A stretch of 64,000 nt of DNA. Source: Octopus vulgaris (taxonomy: Eukaryota). The notes beneath the pieces were generated by a model. The model saw only the letters and a program-made list of their open reading frames with translations, was not told where the DNA came from and made no database searches. A program made the position numbers and the translations under genes. This document shows, piece by piece, positions 31,413 through 47,644 of the stretch. Location of the stretch: positions 5,518,001-5,582,000 of the forward strand of contig OX597840.1 in assembly GCA_951406725.2 (NCBI GenBank). Direction: 5' to 3'. Position 1 is the first letter of the stretch; each line of letters opens with the position of its first letter.

Positions 31413-31844
31413 ATATATAGATATAATTAATCCAAAAATGGAAGAAAAAACACAAGAAAAAGACAACAATGTGAGGACGTGGTACATGCAGAGTATTAGC
31501 AGATGCTCTGGGAAGGAAAGAAAGGTAGTTTTATGTTTCGAGCAAAGCTCTTCTTCAGGAACAGGAGACAGAGGAAAGTCCAAGAGAACAGGAAAATGGA
31601 AGAAAAAAAATCGCTAACGATCCACATGTAAGATGACCAAAAGGGAATGGGTGAAGTAAAAGTTCTTTCTAGGACAGGAAAGTGTAAGAGGAGGTATCTG
31701 TGTGTATGTGTGGATATGAGGGTGCATGCAAGTGTGTGTGTGTTGTGTATGTGGTATTGACTGTTTATATGTGTATGTGTGAGTGAACTTTGTGTCTGTT
31801 AATATTATAGAAAGAATTCAGCATGTATGTATATAGATAGATGG

Positions 31845-34260
<2,416 letters not shown>

Positions 34261-34262
34261 AT

Positions 34263-34672
34263 AGGCGCAAGAGTGGCTGTGTGGTAAGTAGCTTGCTTAC
34301 CAACCACATGGTTCCGGGTTCAGTCCCACTGCATGGCACTTTGGGCAAGTGTCTTTTACTATAGCCTCCAAAGCTTTGTGAGTGGATTTGGTAGATGGAA
34401 ACTGAAAGAAGCCCATCATATATATGCATATGTCCACATATATACATATATGTTGCCAGTACCGTCTGAATGACCCTCATGCTGGTGGCACGTAAAAGCA
34501 CCCACTACACTCGTGGAGTGGTTCGCATTAAGAAGGGCATCCAGCTGTAGAAACTCTGCCAGATCAGATTGCAGTCTGGTGCAGCCATCTGGTTTGCCAG
34601 ACCTCAGTCAAATCGTCCAACCCATGCTAGCATTGAAAGCGGACATTAAACGATGATGATGATGATGATATG

Positions 34673-34711
<39 letters not shown>

Positions 34712-34925
34712 ATGTTTGTGTGTCTGTGTTTGTCGTGCCAACATTGCTTGACAACCAGTGCTGGTGTGTTTACGTCCCCGTAACTTAGTGATTTGGCAAA
34801 AGAGACCGATAGAATAAGTACTGGGCTTCCAAAGAATAATTCCTGGGGTCGATTTGCTCGACTAAAGGCGGTGCTCCAGCATGGCCGCAGTCAAAAGACT
34901 GAAACAAATAAAAGAGTAAAAGAGT
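34263..34925 (+). mobile_element. SINE family A with a nested RTE 3'UTR (34455-34668)
   Basis: The insert sits in the central microsatellite of the SINE. Confidence 0.87.
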
Positions 34926-34939
34926 AATCCTGCTATGTA

Positions 34940-35230
34940 CAAAATAGCCTGTTATGCAAAAGGAAGAAGGTGAAGATGGCGCCAATTACTGTAGGAGTTT
35001 TTAGGGACAATATGAGAAGGCAGCAAGAGGAATATCAAAGAAATGAGAACAGAGTGCCCAGTTGAGCTGTTATAAAAGGTTTCCTCGTTTAGCAGGGCCA
35101 GAATAATCAGGAAAGTGTTAAATAGTTGGAGAGAACAGATAGCATGCAACTGTAGGCTGCAAGCAGTATGCCCACTAGGCATGCAAGACTTGAGGAGTTC
35201 CAACTAAATATAGAATGATAATTATAATAC
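34940..35230 (+). mobile_element. Highly decayed R4/Dong-like 3' end
   Basis: Frameshifted KVKMAPITVGV and RARIIRKVL resemble the VIPIVIGALG / GTARIL C-terminus. Confidence 0.5.
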
Positions 35231-35436
35231 ATTCTACCATAGGCATAAATTTGAGGGGAGGGGGTAAGTCAATTACATTAACCTCAGTGCTTAGCTGGGA
35301 CTTATTCCATCAACCTCTGAAAGGACGGAAGACAAAGTTGACCTTGGTGGAATTGGAACTTGGAATGTAAAGACAGAGGAAATGCCACTAAGCATTTTGT
35401 TTGGCATTCTAATGATTCTGCCAGCTTGCCGCCTTA

Positions 35437-35518
<82 letters not shown>

Positions 35519-36439
35519 AAAAGATGGGCTACAGCAAATATTCTGCTCAATCCCAGAGATTTGCTTGTCAGTTGTTTGATCTTAACTAGTTGAGCATGTC
35601 CCTTGGTGGCTGACGATATGTGCATCTCTGACCACGAGCAGAAGCAGTTGGGGAGCATCATAGCCATGTGTTGAAAGGAATTCTTGGAGGTTTGGATAAT
35701 TCACCTTTAGTGATTTGTTCAAGATCCTTAAACAATCCTTATTCAGGGACCTTTTGAGTGGGATGGGCTACTTGACCGTGGGAGAGGTTTCAAATTACTT
35801 TGGCTCCAATTCTTGAAAGGTACTTTATTTTACCAGCTTCCTTAAGGATGAAAGGCAACGTCAGCCTTAGCAGGGTTTGAACTCTGAATGTCATAACCCG
35901 GAACAAATTACCATAGCACTTCTTGTCTAACATCTCTAATACTTCTACCGGTCCATTGTTTCATTTATGGTCCCTGAAAAAATAAAATGCAGGGGTATCA
36001 GCAACAGGATTTGAACTCAACACTCAAAGATTAAACAACTAGCATATGATATTTCTTGCAGTCACCACTCTAAGAATTCTACCAGCTCACTGCCTTCAAG
36101 AGCATTTGACTACTATTTCATGCAGGTCAAGCATAGCAATTAATCTCACTGACCAATGCAGTGTTGTGCAGTAAAGGGCAGTGGTTGTTGCACAATGCAC
36201 GTTATGCACCCTCTGCACTTGAAATGCACTGTGCTGTAATTTAGTGCACTGCAGTGCAACCCAGACTTGTAGATGCATTTTAGCAATGTGTCGCAGGTGT
36301 TCAAATGTTCATACAATGCAATAACACAAAGTAGTTGCAGCATTTTGCACTGCAGCTCTGGTGCATCCTAGTGCATCATGATGCAAAATATGAGATAGTG
36401 ATAAACTTCATCATCATTATCAACATCATCATCATTACC

Positions 36440-36477
<38 letters not shown>

Positions 36478-36479
<2 letters not shown>

Positions 36480-37508
36480 TCTTTTACTTGTTTCAGTCAT
36501 TTGACTGTGGCCATGCTGGAGCACCACCTTTAGTCGAGCAAATCGACCCCAGGACTTATTTTTGTAAGCCTAGTACTTATTCTATCGGTCTCTTTTGCCG
36601 AACCGCTAAGTTACGGGGACGCAAACACACCAGCATCGGTTGTCAAGCGATGTTTGGGTGGGGGACAAACACAGACACACAAACACACACATGCATATAT
36701 ATACATATATACGACGGGCTTCTTTCAGTTTCCGTCTACCAAATCCACTCACAAGGCTTTGGTCGGCCCGAGGCTATAGTAGAAGACACTTACCCAAGGT
36801 GCCACGCAGTGGGACTGAACCCAGAACCATGTGGTTGGTAAACAAGCTACTTACCACACAGCCACTCCTGCGCCTTTTCCTGTATACGTATATTTGTTTG
36901 TCTTTGTGTCTGGGTCTGTCTCCCACCAATGCTTGGCGACCGGTTTTGATGTGTTTATGACCCTGTGACTTAGTGGTGTGGCAAAAAGAAATGATAAAAT
37001 AAGTACTAGGCTTAAAAATTTAGTTGTGGAGTTTGGCTACAAACCCTAAAACCCCTCATGGCTGCACTCAGAGGAGTGAAACAAGTAAAAGATAAAGGAT
37101 ACCCCCCCCCCACACTCACACACACATGCAGGCATGGCTATGTGGTAAGAAGCTTGCTTCCAAAATACATGGTTCTGGGTTCAGTTCCACTGTGTGGCAC
37201 CTTGGGCAAGTGTCTTCTACTATAGCCTCAGGCCAACCAAAGCCTTGTGAGTGGATTTGGTTGATGGAAATGGAAAGAAGCCCACTATGTGTGTGTTTGT
37301 GTGTGTGTCTATGTTTGCCCCTGTGGCCATCGCTTGACAACCGATGTTGGTGTGTTTATATCCCTGTAACTTAGCAGATAGAATAAGTACAAGGTTTACA
37401 AAGAATAAGTCCTGGAGTCGATTTCCTTGATTTGTTTGACTAAAATCATTCAAGCCCATGCGCCACATGGCTGCAGTCGAATGGCTGAAAGAAGTAAAAG
37501 ATAAAAGA
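36478..37508. mobile_element. Cluster of SINE family A copies: 36478-36875(-), 36890-37095(+), 37125-37508(+)
   Basis: Match to the family A consensus. Confidence 0.85.
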
Positions 37509-38107
37509 TATATACATACATACATACATATATATATATATATATTTATATATAATAATAATATTAGGTAGTAAATCCAAACTTACAGGGAAAAATTAGA
37601 TTTAGGATTAAATCTAATTTTATAGTATAAATATATATATTATATTAAATTAGAGATAAAACCACTATTAGGCAAATCAAACAGTGAAAATCATAAGCCA
37701 ATACATAGAAATAAAATTAATTAATAAAATATATAAAAAATATATAATATAAAATTCCAAATTAAAATATTTAAATTAAAGTTTAAATTTTTAAAATTAT
37801 TTAAATTAATAATTTAAACTTATAAATTTTAAATATATATATATATTATTATATTTATATATTATTATATTTATATATTATTATATATATTTATATATAT
37901 ACATATACCAATAATAATATATATATGTATATAATTATATTAAGGGAGCAAGGCCGAAAACATGCATGAAGTGCCAAGACCTTTAAAAAACTACCAAAAA
38001 CTCATGGTTGTAATTTTTTTAAGGTATCGGCACTTCAAGCATGCTAGAGATTGATCGTTTTTGCCCTTGCTCCCTTAATATAATTATATACCTATGTATA
38101 TTATTAG

Positions 38108-38390
38108 TGTGAAGGCACATGGCCTAGTGGTTAGAGCAGCGGACTCACGGTTGAGGGACCAGGCCATGTGTGTGTTTATAAGCGAAACACCTAAGCTCCA
38201 CGCGGCCCCGGCAGAAGGTAATGGTGAACTTATGCTGACTCTTTTGCCACAACTTTCTCTTACCCTTTCCTCCTGCATCTTGCAGCTCACCTGTGACAGA
38301 CTGGCATCTCGTCCAGGTGGGGAACCTATACGCCAAGAAAACTGAGAAAACCGGCCCTATGAGCCAGGCGTGGCTTGAGAAGGAACAAAC
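38108..38390 (+). mobile_element. tRNA(Arg)-like SINE family D, tail type 2
   Basis: Head tggcctagtggttagagcagcggactcacgg and core aaacacctaagctccacg shared with 30850-31158, but a different 3' part. Confidence 0.78.
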
Positions 38391-38506
38391 ATATAGTATT
38401 ATTAATTTAATGAATAAATTGCCTAAAAATTGTTATAACATGCTGACTACTTGATTAAAATCATTAACGTAATTTTTATCCTTATATTCTATTATGAATT
38501 AATAAA

Positions 38507-38581
<75 letters not shown>

Positions 38582-38955
38582 TTATATGTATACATATAAT
38601 AATAATATAGGGTAAGATTAAGTAATTAATTGATCAATTAATTAATTGATTAATAATTAATAATTCTATCAAGTAGTCAGTTTGTTAAAATAACCCTTTT
38701 AGGTGAATTATACGAAATAGTCTATAATTATATACATAATTATAATTAGCTGACCCTTGATTATAATTATGTATATAATTATAGAATATTATGTATACAT
38801 ACATACATATATGTATGTGTGTATATACATATGTATACCTATATATATATACAAAATGTGAAAATCAGACAAGGTTGGAATTCCTTTTATTAATATATTC
38901 TTCTATACACAATCACACACACCCGTATATATATATCTAATATATATATATATAC

Positions 38956-38988
<33 letters not shown>

Positions 38989-39425
38989 CATATGTGTGTG
39001 TGTGTATAATTATATATGTATGTATACATACATATATATAAACACACACACATATATATGTATATATATATATATATATATACATATACACACACATTCA
39101 TGCATACATCATACTTACATCCATCTACAGTTATAGTTTGAGGGAGACTTAAGCCGTTTTGTTCTAGCAGGTCAACTGATCAAATAGCAGCATTGGTCAA
39201 TGACCAAGGCCTCTGTATGGCCTGTTACTCTGCTGTAGTGCAAAGTGCTGCAGTGTAGATGCAGTACTGCAGTAGGTGCTTTGGTGCTTTACAGTAGAGT
39301 GTGGAATGTAATGATGTTTATAGTGGTTGGGAATCTGGTGTTTCTGTGTGTGTGTGTGTGTGTGTGTTAACAGAAATATAGATGAATAGGTAGATAGATA
39401 AACAATCAGACAGACTGATGAATAA

Positions 39426-39476
<51 letters not shown>

Positions 39477-39516
39477 TGTGAATGAAGCTTTTGTGAATGT
39501 ATATATATTCTTTTAT

Positions 39517-39920
39517 TCTCTTTTACTTGTTTCAGTCATTTCACTGTGGCCATGCTGGAGCACCGCCTTTAGTCGGGCAAATCGACCCCGGGACTTATTC
39601 TTTGTAAGCCCAGTACTTTGTCTATCGGTCTCTTTTGCCGAACCGCTAAGTGACGGGGATGTAAACACACCAGCATCGGTTGTCAAGCAATGCTAGGGGG
39701 AGAAACACAGACACACAAACACACACACACATACATATGTATATATATACATATATACGACAGGCTTCTTTCAGTTTCCATCTACCAAATCCACTCACAA
39801 GGCATTGGTCGGCCCGGGCTATAGTAGAAGACACTTGCCCAAGGTGCCACACAGTGGGACTGAACCCGGAACCATGTGGTTGGTTAGCAAGCTACTTACC
39901 ACACAGCCACTCCTGCGCCT
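39517..39920 (-). mobile_element. SINE family A, full length
   Basis: Match to the family A consensus. Confidence 0.9.
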
Positions 39921-40201
39921 ATATATGTCTTATATCCAATATGTATATTATAATATATGTGATACATACATTTACATGCTTACATATACATACATGTATA
40001 ACCACCCATACACATACACACACTCACACATGACCTAAGCAAGTTTTGTCTGGAAGCTATCTTTATAGTAAAATCACACACACACACACACACACAGCCA
40101 GAGCAAGTTTTGGCTGAAAGTTTATCTATCTATCTATCTATCTATCCATCCATCCATCCACCCACCCACCCACCGACCAACTTTCCTACCTACCTACCTA
40201 C

Positions 40202-40245
<44 letters not shown>

Positions 40246-40293
40246 TTATCTATCTATCTATCTACCTACCTACCTATCTATCTATCTACCTAC

Positions 40294-40342
<49 letters not shown>

Positions 40343-40387
40343 AATCTTTCTATCTATCTATCTATCTATCTATCTACCTATCTATCT

Positions 40388-40558
40388 CAGTGGTTCCCAA
40401 CCTTTCACTATTAAGGACCCCTTTTTATTTAAGAGTTTTCTCACGAACTTCAGGACCCCAGGATATTAAAAAGTCTGTCAGCTTAACATGTTCATGGACT
40501 CACAATACTACATTTGCGGACCACCAGCAGTCCACGGACCACAGGTTGGGAATCACTG
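40388..40558. mobile_element. hAT/Charlie-type MITE
   Basis: TIRs cagtggttcccaacct / aggttgggaatcactg; imperfect 8-bp TSD atctatct/atctacat. Confidence 0.8.
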
Positions 40559-41711
40559 ATCTACATGCCTGTCTATCTATCTACATATCTATCTATCTTT
40601 ATAGTACACACACATACAAATAGATAAGTATTTTTTAGGCTGTGATCCCATGTATCATCATCATCATCATCATCGTTTAACGTCCGTTCTCCATGCTAGC
40701 ATGGGTTGGACGGTTCGTCCGAGGATCTGGGAAGCCAGAAGGCTGCACCAGGCTCCAGTCTTATCTGGCAATGTTTCTACAGCTGGATGCCCTTCCTAAC
40801 GCCAACCACTCCGCGAGTGTAGTGGGTGCTTTTTACATGCCACCTACACAGGTGCCAGGCGAGGCTGGCAACGGCCACGGTCGGATTTGTGTATTTTACG
40901 TGCCACCAGCATGGAAGCCAGTCGAGGCGGCGCTGGCATCGGCCACGAGTCGGATAGTGCTTTTTACGTACCACCAGACCAGGGATCCTGGCTGGTTCAA
41001 TTCGATTTTGCTTTAATGTAGAAAAATAACAAACCCTATGCAAAAATGATTCTGCAAACATCTGTCAAAAAGCATAAAAATATTTTCTCATTTAATTCCC
41101 TCTACTTTCATTCTACCTTTTCTCTTCCAAAATTCTGCTTGGATACCCAAGTTTCTTAAGGACGGAGATAACTATGTTACAATATTGCTAAAAGAAAAAA
41201 AGCTGCCTTTTTCTGAATACTTAATTTTTCCCTACGCACCACTTTTTTCAATTTCGGTTAATATATGAAGATTTCAATTCTGAAAATGTTCATTTTTTTT
41301 TTGTTTGTTTGTTTCAATCTTTCTTTCTTGCCTTTCAACTGTCTTTCCTTCCTCCTCTTTCTCAATCTTTCTCTCTCTCTCTACCATTCTTTCTTCCTTC
41401 CTTTCTCGCTTTCTCTCTCTCTCTCTTTCTCGTTTTTTTCTTACTCTTTCTTTGTGTTTTTCTTTCTCTCTCTCTGTCATTCTTCCTTTCTCTTGTCTCT
41501 CTCTCTCATTCTTCTTCCTTCTTTCTCTCTTTTTCAATACTGATTGCTTATGATAAAATTTACTTTCACTTTCTCTTTCTAAACCAAAAGAAATAATTGT
41601 GTGTGTGTGTGTATTTATACGAATGAGAGACATAAAGAGGAAATAGAAGCTTTACTGCAGAGGAAAGAGAGTGAAAAAAGAGAAGCTATTTTAGAGACAG
41701 TAATAGAGAGC

Positions 41712-41744
<33 letters not shown>

Positions 41745-41999
41745 GAGAGAGAGAGAGAAAGAGAGAAGGAGAGATAGAGAGAAAGAGCTGTCCTCTCTGT
41801 CTGTGACAAAATGTAAGCTTGTCTGCTGTTATAATTCTATCACACATTCCAGAATATAAATCAATGTTGGTACCTGACGACCTGATGAGGGTGGTTCAAC
41901 GTGGTTTATAGCAAAGCTAGAAATAGCAGCGAAATATCATTAAGATTTCACACATAAACTTCACCATGGATAATGTGATCCTCCCACACTCATATGATG

Positions 42000-42029
<30 letters not shown>

Positions 42030-42034
<5 letters not shown>

Positions 42035-42670
42035 ATCATCATCTTTTAACCTTTGTTTTCCATGCTAGCATGGGTTGGATAGTTCGACTGGTGTCTAGGA
42101 AGCCAGGAGGCTGCACCAGGCTCCAGTCTGATCTGGCAGTGCTTCTACAGCTGGATGCCCTTCCTAACGCCAACCACTCCATGAGTGTAGTGGGTGCTTT
42201 TTACATGTCACTGGCACAGGGGCCAGGCCAGGCTGGCAATGGCCACGATCGGTTGGTGCTTTTTATGTGCCACCGGCACGGAAGCCAGTCAAGGTGGCGC
42301 TGGCATCAGTCACGTTTGGATGGTGCTTTTTACGTGCCACCAGCACAGGTATCACAACTACTATTTCCATTTGATTTTTATTTGATGTTGATGTACTTGA
42401 TTCAATAGGTCTCCTCAAGCACAGCAGGTCCCCCTACGATCCAAGGTAAGCATAGCAGGTCTTTTGAATGGGCTGGGGCTGGTTATGCGAAACTGGTGTA
42501 GGATACAGCTGTGAACTCACTTTATTTGCTGGGTCTTCACAGTTACAGCATATCTCCAGAGGTCTCTGTCTTTTCTCATTGCCTCTGTGAGGTCCAACAT
42601 TCGAAGGTCATGCTTCACCACCTCATCATATGCCTTCCTGGGTCTACCTCTACTCCGGATTCCGTCAACA
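42030..42670 (-). mobile_element. RTE/BovB-like LINE 3' end: ORF C-terminus plus 3'UTR (source of family B)
   Basis: RSRGRPRKAYDEVVKHDLRMLDLTEAMRKDRDLWR is followed without a break by the family B sequence and a (GAT)n tail. Confidence 0.85.
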
Positions 42671-43981
42671 TATATACATACACACACACACTCACTGACA
42701 CACACATATGTATATAGACGTATATATGCATGTGTATATTTATGCACTTATGTGTTTCTGTCTCGGTCTTTTGTCACTGTCCCTGTGAGGCCCAACATTC
42801 AAAGGTCATGCTTGACCACCTCATCCACTACAATCGGTGTTAGTGTGCTTATGTCCCCATTACAGAGATTCAGCAAACGGAGACTAATAGAATACATACT
42901 AGGCTTAAAAAAAGCGAAGTCATAAGTTCTGGGGGTTGATATGTTCAACTAAAATCCTTCAAGGTGGTGCCCCAGCATGGCCACAATCTAACACCTGAAA
43001 CAACTAAAAGATAATCTCTTTGCTCCATACCAATGGAATTATACTTCTCAAAGAATTTATTCTTCCAAAATTTTGATTTTGTTTTACAACTTTTGCCTAC
43101 CCCTCCAACCCTTTCTCTCCAATTCCATGCCCTTTTCTCTCCCCGTGGGTAAGGATAGCTACTTCCCCATTCATCTGTGCATAGAAAAAAGTTAGAATGA
43201 TCATCATCGTCATCATCATCATTTAATGTCCACTTTCCATGCTAGCATGGGTTGGACGAATGAATTGAGGGCTGGCGAACCAGATGGCTGCACCAGGCTT
43301 CAATCTTGATCTGGCAGAGTTTCTACTGCTGGATGCCTTTCCTAACGCCAACCACTCCGAGAGTGTAGTGGGTGCTTTTATGTGCCACCGGCACAGGGCC
43401 AGTCAGGCAGTACTGGCAACGACCTTACTCGAATCTTTTACACATGCCACCAGTACAGGTACCAGTAAAGCAACGCTGGTAACGATCACGCTCGAATGGT
43501 GTCTTTTATGGGCAACTGGCACGGAGGCCAGATAGCTGCTTTGGCAATGATCACACTCGGATGGTGCTTTTAATACCCTACTAGCACGGGGCTCGAGTGC
43601 CAGTAAGGTGACACTGGTAACGATCACATTCGAATGGTGCCTTTTAAGTCACCCTGACATGGATTGATGTTTTATGATATTTTTCTCACCATAAACATAT
43701 TTAATGAGATAATCATGCACCCAAGGGTGGGATTTAAGCACAAATACAGACTGTCTGTATTCTAGACTGATTTTTAAGAAAGAAATTCGAAAAGGAGTGG
43801 AAATTTTAGGATTTAGTGGGGTGGAATTAAAATTATTTTTTGTAAATGTATGAATTCCTGTTCATAGAAAACAAATTCGCAAAAGGTTTTTGAAAATTCT
43901 AAAAAATAGTAAAAAGTTATAAGGGATTATTTGATGATGATGATGGTGTGTGTGTGTTTGTGTGTGTGTGCGTGTGAATAC

Positions 43982-44167
43982 ACTTTTACTTGTTTCAGTC
44001 ATGTGACTGTGGCCATGCTGGAGCACCACCTTTAGTCGAGCAAATCGACCCCAGGACTCATTCTTTGTAAGCCTAGTACTTATTCTATCAGTTTCTTTTT
44101 CCGAACCGCTACGTTATAGGGATGTAAATGCACCAGCATCGGTTGTCAAGTGATGTTGGGGAGACAA

Positions 44168-44205
<38 letters not shown>

Positions 44206-44382
44206 TCACACATATATACAACAGGCTTCTTTCAGTTTTCATCTACCAAATCCACTCACAAGGCTTTGGTCGGCCTAAGGCTATAGTAGAAGACACGTGC
44301 CTGAGGTGCCATGCAGCGGGACTGAACCCAGAACCATGTGGTTCATAAGCAAGCTACTTACCACACAGCCACTCCTACACCT
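43982..44382 (-). mobile_element. SINE family A, full length
   Basis: Match to the family A consensus. Confidence 0.9.
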
Positions 44383-45969
44383 GTGGACAAGAAATGTATT
44401 AAATGTATACAGAATTATAAAAAATGGAGGCAGTAGCATGGAGAAATTATAAAGAAATTTAGAGTTGCAAAAGATATAATCTATATAGGAAAGGCAGTTA
44501 TTGAGGGAAATTAGAGAGGGGAAAATCAAGAGAGGTAATGAGCTGTAAATTTTATGTGAAATGATAATGGTATGAGTATATAAGGTAAATAATGTCTATG
44601 GTAATGTTCATCAATTTAATCATGTGGTGGTGTTACCTTCCAATTTTTTAATAAGGTGCTTGTCGAAGTGGCAGCATTTTGTAAATAGCTCCAGTCTTAC
44701 ATTTATACTATTTAGAAAATTGTTAAGATTTTCCAGCATGAAGATCTACACAGCTATACACAGTTTACCTCTTTTTGTCATGTTTATATAAGGTCTGCAT
44801 TGTTCAAATAGTTTCTACTTGCTATTGAAATCAATAAAATGTTCTTTCAAATTCCAGATCTCATTAGACAATGCTGTATCTCACTTTCAAATTTCAGATA
44901 TATTCCTTACTCACCTGGCATCCAAAGGTGTAAGCTGAAGGATATCTGGCTGCTATTTCTAGTAGGTCATGTGATAACAGAAACTTTTGTCATTATTTCT
45001 GTTTAACACTGGGGCAGCACAGGTCAAGCAGACTTGAGATCAAAAGCATTCCAGCCATTTTCTTTTTACAGTTATAGAGCTTCTAAATTTATATAATTCA
45101 ACAGTGGGACATATTCTCAATGAGATTTGGCTGCTATTTCTAGCAGGTCAAGCGACCATATACAGACTCCGCAGAGGATAAGGAGAACTACAGAGGAGTT
45201 AGCTTGGCCACTTGTCCGGGAGTGAAATAGAAAGGAAGAGAAAGAGAGTAGAGAGAGTGAGAGAGCATGGTGAGAGAAAGGAAGAACAAGGAAGATGGGG
45301 AGGAAGAGAGTTAGTTTAGAGAGTGGGCGTTTTTAGAGAGTGAGGCAAATAGCATGGAATGTTATGCTCCTCCTACTCCTCCCACATAATTATCATAATT
45401 TATGTGTTCAGTGAATGACTTCTGTTGAACAACGACTGCTGATAGAAGTGCATGACGTGTGTCTGTGTGTGCATATGTGCGTGTATGTGTGCGTGTGTCC
45501 ATATGCCTGTGCTTCTATCATATATTTATACATACATATGTTTCGTAATACACACACACATACATGAACATGTATGTGAATGTTCTTCTAGTCAGCACAA
45601 ACATATGTGCATGTGGCTTTTGAGAAAGCAGTGCACACACACACACACACACAAACATGTATACATACATATACATACACACATATATATATATATATAA
45701 TATATATGTAATATGTATATATATATATATATAATATATATATATAATATATGTATATAATAGATATATAATATGTATATATATAATATTGATAAAACGG
45801 TAAGATAACAAAAGAAAGAAAGAGACCTCAATATTATGTAAATAGAGGAAATTTATCTATACAATATGTTACATTACTCGGTAGTCAAGATAAAACTCTG
45901 AGTTTCAGATGCCGAAGTGGAAATCCACAACACCATCTCTTCGGTTATCTGGCTATAATAACCGAAGAG

Positions 45970-46017
<48 letters not shown>

Positions 46018-46207
46018 GTTTAACGTCCGTTCTCCATGCTAGCATGGGTTGGACGGTTCGACCGGGGATCTGGGAAGCCAGAAGGCTGCACCAGGCTCCA
46101 GTCTTATCTGGCAATGTTTCTACAGCTGGATGCCCTTCCTAACGCCAACCACTCCGTGAGTGTAGTGGGTGCTTTTTACGTGCCACCTGCACAGTATGTA
46201 TATATAT

Positions 46208-46257
<50 letters not shown>

Positions 46258-46867
46258 TATGATATATAATATATATATATAATATGTATATATATATATA
46301 ATATATATATGATATGTATATATGTATATATATATGTATATATATATGACAGACCCTGTAATTCACATATCGTTATCTATTCCTTCTGTTTTGCATATGT
46401 GAATTACAGGGTCTGTCATGCCCGGAGTCCAACTTTGATAGAAATAAGCATTCTTGACTGCTATTTCTATTTTTTCGGTATGCGGTCAAGCAACCTGTTT
46501 TGCCTGTCCCTTTTTCTTATATACAATATATATACTGAACTTTACAGAAGTTCCTGCCGGTAATCGGCTATATTTACATACCGAATTCTACCAGTAAATA
46601 ATTGGGGTTTTTTTAAAAGCCTTTATAGAAATTATTTACTCTTATCATTATATATGTATATATATATGTATATATATATAATATATATATATATTATATA
46701 TATATATGTATATATATATATATGTATATATATATATGTATATATATATATGTATATATATATGTATATATATATATAATATGTATATATATATATACAT
46801 ATATATAATATGTATATATACATATGTATATATATATATAATATGTATATATATATATATATATGTG

Positions 46868-47352
46868 ACATGCATAAGATCTGGTCATCAAATCTAAGTA
46901 GAGACTTCAAACTTGAAATCTTCAAAGCCACAGTCGAACCAATTCTACTATATGGCTCAGAAACCTGGACGTTATCAAAGAAGCTTGAGAGGCAGTTGGA
47001 TGGAACCTACACTCGCCTCCTTATGAGAGCTCAAAATCTCTCGTGGAAGCGCCATCCAACCAAAATGCAAATATATGGGAAACTACCACCTGTGTCATCT
47101 CTTGTGAAAGGTAGGAGAGTCCAGTTTGCTGGACATTGTTGTAGAGCTGAAAAAGAAGTAATTTCTACTCTTCTCCTCTGGAAGCCATCTACTCGCAATA
47201 CCAGAGGGTGCACACTCTCCTACCCTGATGTAATCTCCAGGGATACAGGCATCCAGCAACAGGACCTCCGTAATGCTATGATGGACCGTGAAGTCTGGAG
47301 TAACATAGTAAATTCCATTGTCTCGACCACGGTCGAACAATGATGATGATGA
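46868..47352 (+). mobile_element. RTE-clade LINE 3' fragment (second RTE family)
   Basis: PILLYGSETWTL...FAGHC...DREVW followed by stop and (TGA)n. Further copies at 47443-47640, 49633-50012 and 62752-63478. Confidence 0.9.
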
Positions 47353-47644
47353 TATATATATATAAATATATGTATGTATGTATATATATATGTATATGTA
47401 TGTATGTATGTATGTATGTATATATATATATGTGTGTGTTTATCTCTCGTGGAAGCGCCATCCAACCAAAGTACAAATATATGGGAAACTATCATCTGTG
47501 TCATCTCTTGTGAAAGGTAGGAGAGTCCAGTTTGCTGGACATTGTTGTAGAGCTGAAAACAAGGCAATTTCTACACTTCTCCTCTGGAAGCCATCTACTC
47601 GCAACACCAGAGGACGCACACTCTCCTACCCTGATGTCATCGGG

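Noticed and set aside
45170-45450. GA-rich island with CATG|gtgaga
   Set aside because: The ATG is in phase 0 and so out of frame with the next exon; nothing else supports it.
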